Source of the DNA: Alphaproteobacteria bacterium
GTDB lineage: Bacteria; Pseudomonadota; Alphaproteobacteria; JAAXGF01
Assembly (NCBI GenBank): GCA_963555825.3
Contig: CAUVXB020000002.1
Coordinates: 1,568,001 to 1,632,000 of the forward strand
DNA length: 64,000 nt
Reading direction: 5' to 3'
Shown: positions 59,573-64,000 of the stretch, piece after piece
How positions within the stretch are numbered: the first letter of the stretch is position 1
Layout of the letters: every line of letters starts with the position of its first letter
Notes under the pieces: model-generated
Database searches by the model: none
What the model saw: the letters and a program-made list of their open reading frames with translations, nothing else
What the model was told of the DNA's origin: nothing
Program-made: the position numbers and the translations under genes

Positions 59573-60751
59573 TCAGGCATTGCCACCGCCACGCCGCCGC
59601 TTCTGCACATAGCGCGCGACGGCGAGCGGCAGGTAGGCGAGGCAGAAGGCGATGACGACGTAGGGCATGGCCTCGGCGCCCCAGTGCTCCATGGCGGCGC
59701 CCGTGACGGTCGGCCCGCCGACGCTGCCGAGCCCCCAGGTGACGACGAAGACGGCGTTGGCGGCGGCCAGATCGGCGCCCTTGAAGCGGTGGCCCAGCAT
59801 GATCATGCCGATCGTGTAGAAGCCGCCCATGGCGGCGCCCATCACGAGCATGTCGGCCCACAGCAGCACCACGTCGCCGATGACCAACGGCAGCGCCAGG
59901 CAGCCGGCCATGATGACGACGACGCAGCCGATGATCATCAGACGCTGGTCGAGGCGGTCGGCGGCCCAGCCGATCGGCAGCTGGCCGATCACCGAACCGA
60001 TCGTCAGCACCGTCAACAGCGTCACCGAGGCGGTCGCGCCGAGCCCCATGTCGAGCGCGTAGATCGGCAGCAGCGGCAGCAACGAGGAGTCGATCAGGCC
60101 GAACATCATGCCGGCGAACATCAGCATCGGCGCGATGCGCAGGAAGTACCACAGGCGCCCCGACGGGCGGCCCCCGATCGGCGGCACGACGCCGGCGGCC
60201 CACAGCAGCGGCAGCGCGCCGAGGCCGATCATCGTCGCGCCGACGACGAAGGGCAGCCAGCCCTCGATGCCGGTCACGCCGATGATCAGCGGGCCGACCG
60301 CGAAGCCCGCCGACAGGACGAAGGCGTAGAGCCCGATGATGCGGCCGCGCGTCTTCGGCTCGGCGATCTGGTTGACCCAGATGTCGGCGGCGATGAACAG
60401 CACCTCGACGAAGCCGCCCATCAGGAAGCGGATCGGGAACCAAGCGTACACATTGGGGAAAACCGGCAGGAGCAGGATTGTCGCCACCGTGCCGGCGAAG
60501 CAAATCGCCATCAGCCGCACCGTGCCGACGCGCGCCATCAGCCACGGCGTCGCCGGCACGATGACCAGGATGGCGATCGTCTGGCTCGCCGAGGAGAGCC
60601 CGATCAGCCCGCTGTCGACGCCTTGCGCCTCGAGGATCAACGACAACAGCGGCCAGGTCAGCCCGAGCGTCATGGCGATCGACAGCGCCGCCGCCAGGCA
60701 GACGATCAGGCTGCGTCGCCGCTCGGCGGGGGACAGGACGAGCTCGGTCAT
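59573..60751 (-). CDS. MFS transporter
   Basis: About 12 hydrophobic segments; GWAADRLD, RGRIIG. Confidence 0.9.
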   Translation of the reverse strand: MTELVLSPAERRRSLIVCLAAALSIAMTLGLTWPLLSLILEAQGVDSGLIGLSSASQTIAILVIVPATPWLMARVGTVRLMAICFAGTVATILLLPVFPNVYAWFPIRFLMGGFVEVLFIAADIWVNQIAEPKTRGRIIGLYAFVLSAGFAVGPLIIGVTGIEGWLPFVVGATMIGLGALPLLWAAGVVPPIGGRPSGRLWYFLRIAPMLMFAGMMFGLIDSSLLPLLPIYALDMGLGATASVTLLTVLTIGSVIGQLPIGWAADRLDQRLMIIGCVVVIMAGCLALPLVIGDVVLLWADMLVMGAAMGGFYTIGMIMLGHRFKGADLAAANAVFVVTWGLGSVGGPTVTGAAMEHWGAEAMPYVVIAFCLAYLPLAVARYVQKRRRGGGNA

Positions 60752-60769
60752 GGCGACGACGGCGGCCGG

Positions 60770-61480
60770 TCAGTCGCCGAGCGAGAGCGGATTGAAGCTT
60801 GTCTCGCGGTCGTAGACGTCGACGCCGTCGCGCCGCTTGAGGAAGCCGACGACCAGATAGGTCAGCGGCGTCGCGGCGGCCTCGTAGGCGGTCTTGACCA
60901 GCCATTGGGTGACCACGGCGGTGGCCAGCCCCTCGGCGGGGATGATGCCGGCGAAGGCGACGGTCATGAAGACCGTCGAATCGAGGCCCTGGCCGACCAC
61001 CGTCGAGCCGATCGTGCGCGCCCACAGGAAGCGGCCCTCGGTCGCCACCTTCATGCGCGCGAGCACGGCCGAATTGGCGAACTCGCCGACCAGATAGGCG
61101 GCAAACGAGGCAACCAGGATGCGCGGCGCCTGTCCCAGGATGCGTTCGAACGCCGGCTGGCCGTCCCAGAAGCCGGCCGCCGGCAGCACGCCGGCGAGCC
61201 AGATCACGACGACGGCGAGCAGGTTGCAGGCGAAGCCCAGCCAAATGACGCGCCGTGCCTGGCGGAAGCCGTAGACCTCGGTCAGCACGTCGCCGATGAT
61301 ATAGCTGACCGGGAAGACGATGATCGCCGCCGGCAACACCATGCCGGCGACGTCGATCAGCTTGACCGCGACGATGTTGGCGGTGATCAGTGCGGTGACG
61401 AACAGCGCGACGACGGCCACGAACCAGTGCGATAGTCCCGCCGCCGCACCGCGCGGCGCCGTCTCGGATTGCGTTGTCAT
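60770..61480 (-). CDS. Queuosine precursor transporter (YhhQ/VUT family)
   Basis: ANIVAVK, DVLTEVYG, RILVAS, RTIGSTVVGQ..D. Confidence 0.88.
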   Translation of the reverse strand: MTTQSETAPRGAAAGLSHWFVAVVALFVTALITANIVAVKLIDVAGMVLPAAIIVFPVSYIIGDVLTEVYGFRQARRVIWLGFACNLLAVVVIWLAGVLPAAGFWDGQPAFERILGQAPRILVASFAAYLVGEFANSAVLARMKVATEGRFLWARTIGSTVVGQGLDSTVFMTVAFAGIIPAEGLATAVVTQWLVKTAYEAAATPLTYLVVGFLKRRDGVDVYDRETSFNPLSLGD

Positions 61481-61713
61481 GAGCCGTCCCTTCGGTGTGT
61501 CCGTCCGTGTTCTATACCAAGGATCAGCGATAAAGGCCCCTAGAGACGGCTTGCCGCGATGTCGATCGGCTCGGCGCGCGCCAGCAGGGCGGCAAGCATT
61601 ACGATGGCGGCCACACACGCAAAATTGAACGGCCGCAACGTCATCGCCGTCTTGGCGCGCGACGCGGCGCATCCTAGAGTCGGTTGAGACAACAGCCGCA
61701 AAGGACGACCCCG

Positions 61714-62493
61714 ATGGCCATGCTCGCCCGCCGCACTCTCTTGTCTTCGCTCGTCCATGGCTTCGCTGGGCTGCCATTGGCTGCCGTGCTCGCCGACCCA
61801 CGCCTCGCGCGCGCCGCCGCTGCTGGTCTCGAAGGGGTTTCGCTGACGACGCCGAGCGGCGCGAGGGTCGCCGCCGCGCTGGCCGTTCCGGACGCGACGC
61901 CGGCGCCGGCCGTGCTGTTGGTCCACGAATGGTGGGGGCTCAACGACCAGATCAAGTCGGTCGCCGCCGCGCTCGCCGACGAGGGCTACCTGGCGCTCGC
62001 CATCGACCTCTACGACGGCAAGGTGGCGACCGCGCCGGATGTGGCGCGCAGCTACATGCAGCAGGTCAAGCCAAACGAAGCAACCGAGACGCTGGCCGCG
62101 TGGATCGACTGGCTCGAGCGCGACCCGCGTGCGACCGGCAGGATCGGCACCGTCGGTTGGTGCTTCGGCGGCGGCTGGTCGCTCAACGCCTCGCTCGCGC
62201 GGTCCCTCGAGGCGACCGTCGTCTACTACGGCCGGGTCGACAGGACGCCGGACCAGCTTGCGCCGCTGGCGAGCCCCGTACTCGGCCACTTCGCGACGCG
62301 CGACGGTTGGATCACGCCGCGGATGGTCGATGGTTTCGAAAAGGCGATGGACACCGCCGGCAAGGCGTATGAAAGCCATTGGTACGAGGCCGCCCACGGC
62401 TTCGGTAATCCGACCAGCGCGCGCTACGACGCCGCCGACGCCGCGCTCGCCTGGCAGAGAACGTTGGCGTTCTTGAAAAAGAACCTGCAGTGA
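61714..62493 (+). CDS. Dienelactone hydrolase family protein with a possible Tat signal
   Basis: ARRTLL, HEWWGLN, GWCFGGG, HGF. Confidence 0.9.
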   Translation: MAMLARRTLLSSLVHGFAGLPLAAVLADPRLARAAAAGLEGVSLTTPSGARVAAALAVPDATPAPAVLLVHEWWGLNDQIKSVAAALADEGYLALAIDLYDGKVATAPDVARSYMQQVKPNEATETLAAWIDWLERDPRATGRIGTVGWCFGGGWSLNASLARSLEATVVYYGRVDRTPDQLAPLASPVLGHFATRDGWITPRMVDGFEKAMDTAGKAYESHWYEAAHGFGNPTSARYDAADAALAWQRTLAFLKKNLQ

Positions 62494-62560
62494 CAGATGC
62501 CGCACCAATCAGGCCAAGCCGGCCGGTATCTTGTGGTCGGGACCGTTTGGTTGCAACCGT

Positions 62561-63523
62561 CTATCTCGTCGCGAGAAGCTGCAGGCGATCATCCATGAAG
62601 TCGGTCCGCACCTGCAGCCACAGCGGAAGATGATCCGACATTTCGTAGGTGAAGGCTTTTTGATTCTTTGGCCGGTGGCTTGAATTCGGGTAGAGCGCCT
62701 TCCAATCCTGTTTGTAGAAATTCAGCACGCCGCCACTGCCTGAGAACCGGTCCTTGTTCGTCGGACTATGAAGGATCTGATCGTAGTTGTTGCGGCGCGA
62801 TAGGTTGGTGCCGACGACGTTGGATAGTTCTTTAGGGATCTTGAGGCTGCGTCCGTTTCCGGTCAGCGCCTTGAAAGCCTTGTCGTCTAGTTTTGGCACA
62901 TTGAAATCGCCCATCACGATGAAGTCCTTGTCGACGGCCGTTTTCTTGCGCCGGCGCTTCATAACCCATTCGCGGAACGCGCGGAGCGCATTGATTCGAT
63001 CATCGAGGCTGTTGCCCCAACGCATATGGGCGGTCACAACGACGAAATCGAAATTGCCGGCGCGAAAGGACGCCATGTAGGGCGGTCGCCACCAGGTGAA
63101 TTTCGGCACATACTCGCCACCGACTTTCTTGCGTACCGGGTCCGCCTCGGCGGCGAGGCCGGTAAATTCCACCATACGGGTATCGAACAAATACGCGATC
63201 CGTTCGCTGTTGCCGCCGCGATCGCCCGTGAAGTCCGAAAATATGACCTCCCACCGATCGCCCAGCATGTCCATGACCCGCTTCAGGTCCGACAGGTTGT
63301 CGCGCAATTCGGTCAGCGCCACCAGATCGAATTGGTTGAGGATCTCGGCAATGTAATAGATCGAAGCTTCGAGTCGCGGTTTCCGGCCAAATTCGCGAAT
63401 GTTCCAAGTGGCCACGTTAAGCGACTCGTCGAGGGCCGATGAGGGAATTTCGGTCGCATCTATTCGCTTCCTGAGCTCTATCAGTCCCTGCGCGATATGG
63501 GGCGCGGGTTCGCCATAGTGCAT
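62561..63523 (-). CDS. Endonuclease/exonuclease/phosphatase family protein
   Basis: ATWNIR, E, MGDFN, YDQI, SDHLP; lower GC. Confidence 0.9.
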   Translation of the reverse strand: MHYGEPAPHIAQGLIELRKRIDATEIPSSALDESLNVATWNIREFGRKPRLEASIYYIAEILNQFDLVALTELRDNLSDLKRVMDMLGDRWEVIFSDFTGDRGGNSERIAYLFDTRMVEFTGLAAEADPVRKKVGGEYVPKFTWWRPPYMASFRAGNFDFVVVTAHMRWGNSLDDRINALRAFREWVMKRRRKKTAVDKDFIVMGDFNVPKLDDKAFKALTGNGRSLKIPKELSNVVGTNLSRRNNYDQILHSPTNKDRFSGSGGVLNFYKQDWKALYPNSSHRPKNQKAFTYEMSDHLPLWLQVRTDFMDDRLQLLATR

Positions 63524-63557
63524 GGTCGCCTCCCTTTTGTATTGGGGATTACAAAGG

Positions 63558-64000
63558 ATGGTTGACATTTATTTGGCCCGTGGGCAGGATGCGCGGATGT
63601 GGATTCTCGTCATCGCAGGGCTTTCTGTCGCCCCTATTTTCTTGGGGTTTCTGATGGAGCCTTGGCTTCCACTAGGACATTGGGGCTGGGGAGCATTGCT
63701 TTCCCTCTGCTTACTTCCCAGCGCCATCTACTGGCGGAAAAAGATATGGAACAGCGTTCTACAAATATGGCGGCGGACCCAGAAGAAACCGCTAAAAATA
63801 ATTGCAGAAAGCCCGACCACGGGAGAAAGCCCAGCCAACCCTGAAGTCGGCTGGATAAATGAAGAAGAGGCCATAAAATTTCTGGTGGTTTCCTCATTGG
63901 TCCGATGGCGCTTGCCAAACGAAACGATGACCATTGGTGAGGCCCTCTTGCGGAATCGAGGACTCCTCACTTCCCCAACAGTATCTTCGATTCGGGCAAA
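63558..64000 (+). CDS. Hypothetical membrane protein, runs off the window end (absent from the ORF track)
   Basis: Open frame from ATG 63558/63597: MWILVIAGLSVAPIFLGFL...WGALLSLCLLPSAIYWRKK, no stop before 64000. Confidence 0.6.
   Translation, partial: MVDIYLARGQDARMWILVIAGLSVAPIFLGFLMEPWLPLGHWGWGALLSLCLLPSAIYWRKKIWNSVLQIWRRTQKKPLKIIAESPTTGESPANPEVGWINEEEAIKFLVVSSLVRWRLPNETMTIGEALLRNRGLLTSPTVSSIRA

Noticed and set aside
61481-61620. preQ1 riboswitch upstream of the queuosine precursor transporter
   Set aside because: No recognisable GGTTC stem-loop or A-rich tail.

Overview
High-GC bacterial chromosomal window, most likely from an alphaproteobacterium (inferred from gene families and IS types). 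It carries housekeeping and catabolic genes: pyrD (3' part), gloA, rsmD, a pseudouridine synthase, a urocanase-family gene, two Rieske oxygenases, a glutamine-synthetase-like ligase, a split-beta nitrile/thiocyanate hydratase and a GAF-GAF-PAS adenylate cyclase. There are eight IS elements or remnants (three IS110/IS1111, IS256, IS630, ISKra4, IS1182, IS21), and several interrupt genes that can be rebuilt from target-site duplications. Main unexplained structure: (1) a degenerate palindromic repeat family (AATGTCYGC...GCNGACATT) that brackets accessory genes like cassette boundaries and is hit by three different IS elements. The intact IS1111-type element has, in its non-coding end, a hairpin-separated pair of segments matching both flanks of its insertion site, as expected of a bridge/seek RNA programmed against this repeat. 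(2) A second, multi-stem ~115-175 nt repeat in four copies, always in the same orientation at gene 3' ends. (3) Two tandem paralogous secreted proteins with three Cys-paired ~80-aa repeats, coupled to a TolA/TonB-like gene with 56 EP units. (4) Short copies of two gene 3' ends downstream of a GST gene. No rRNA, tRNA or CRISPR array was seen. All family calls come from motif recognition and all alignments were done by hand; no database searches were run.
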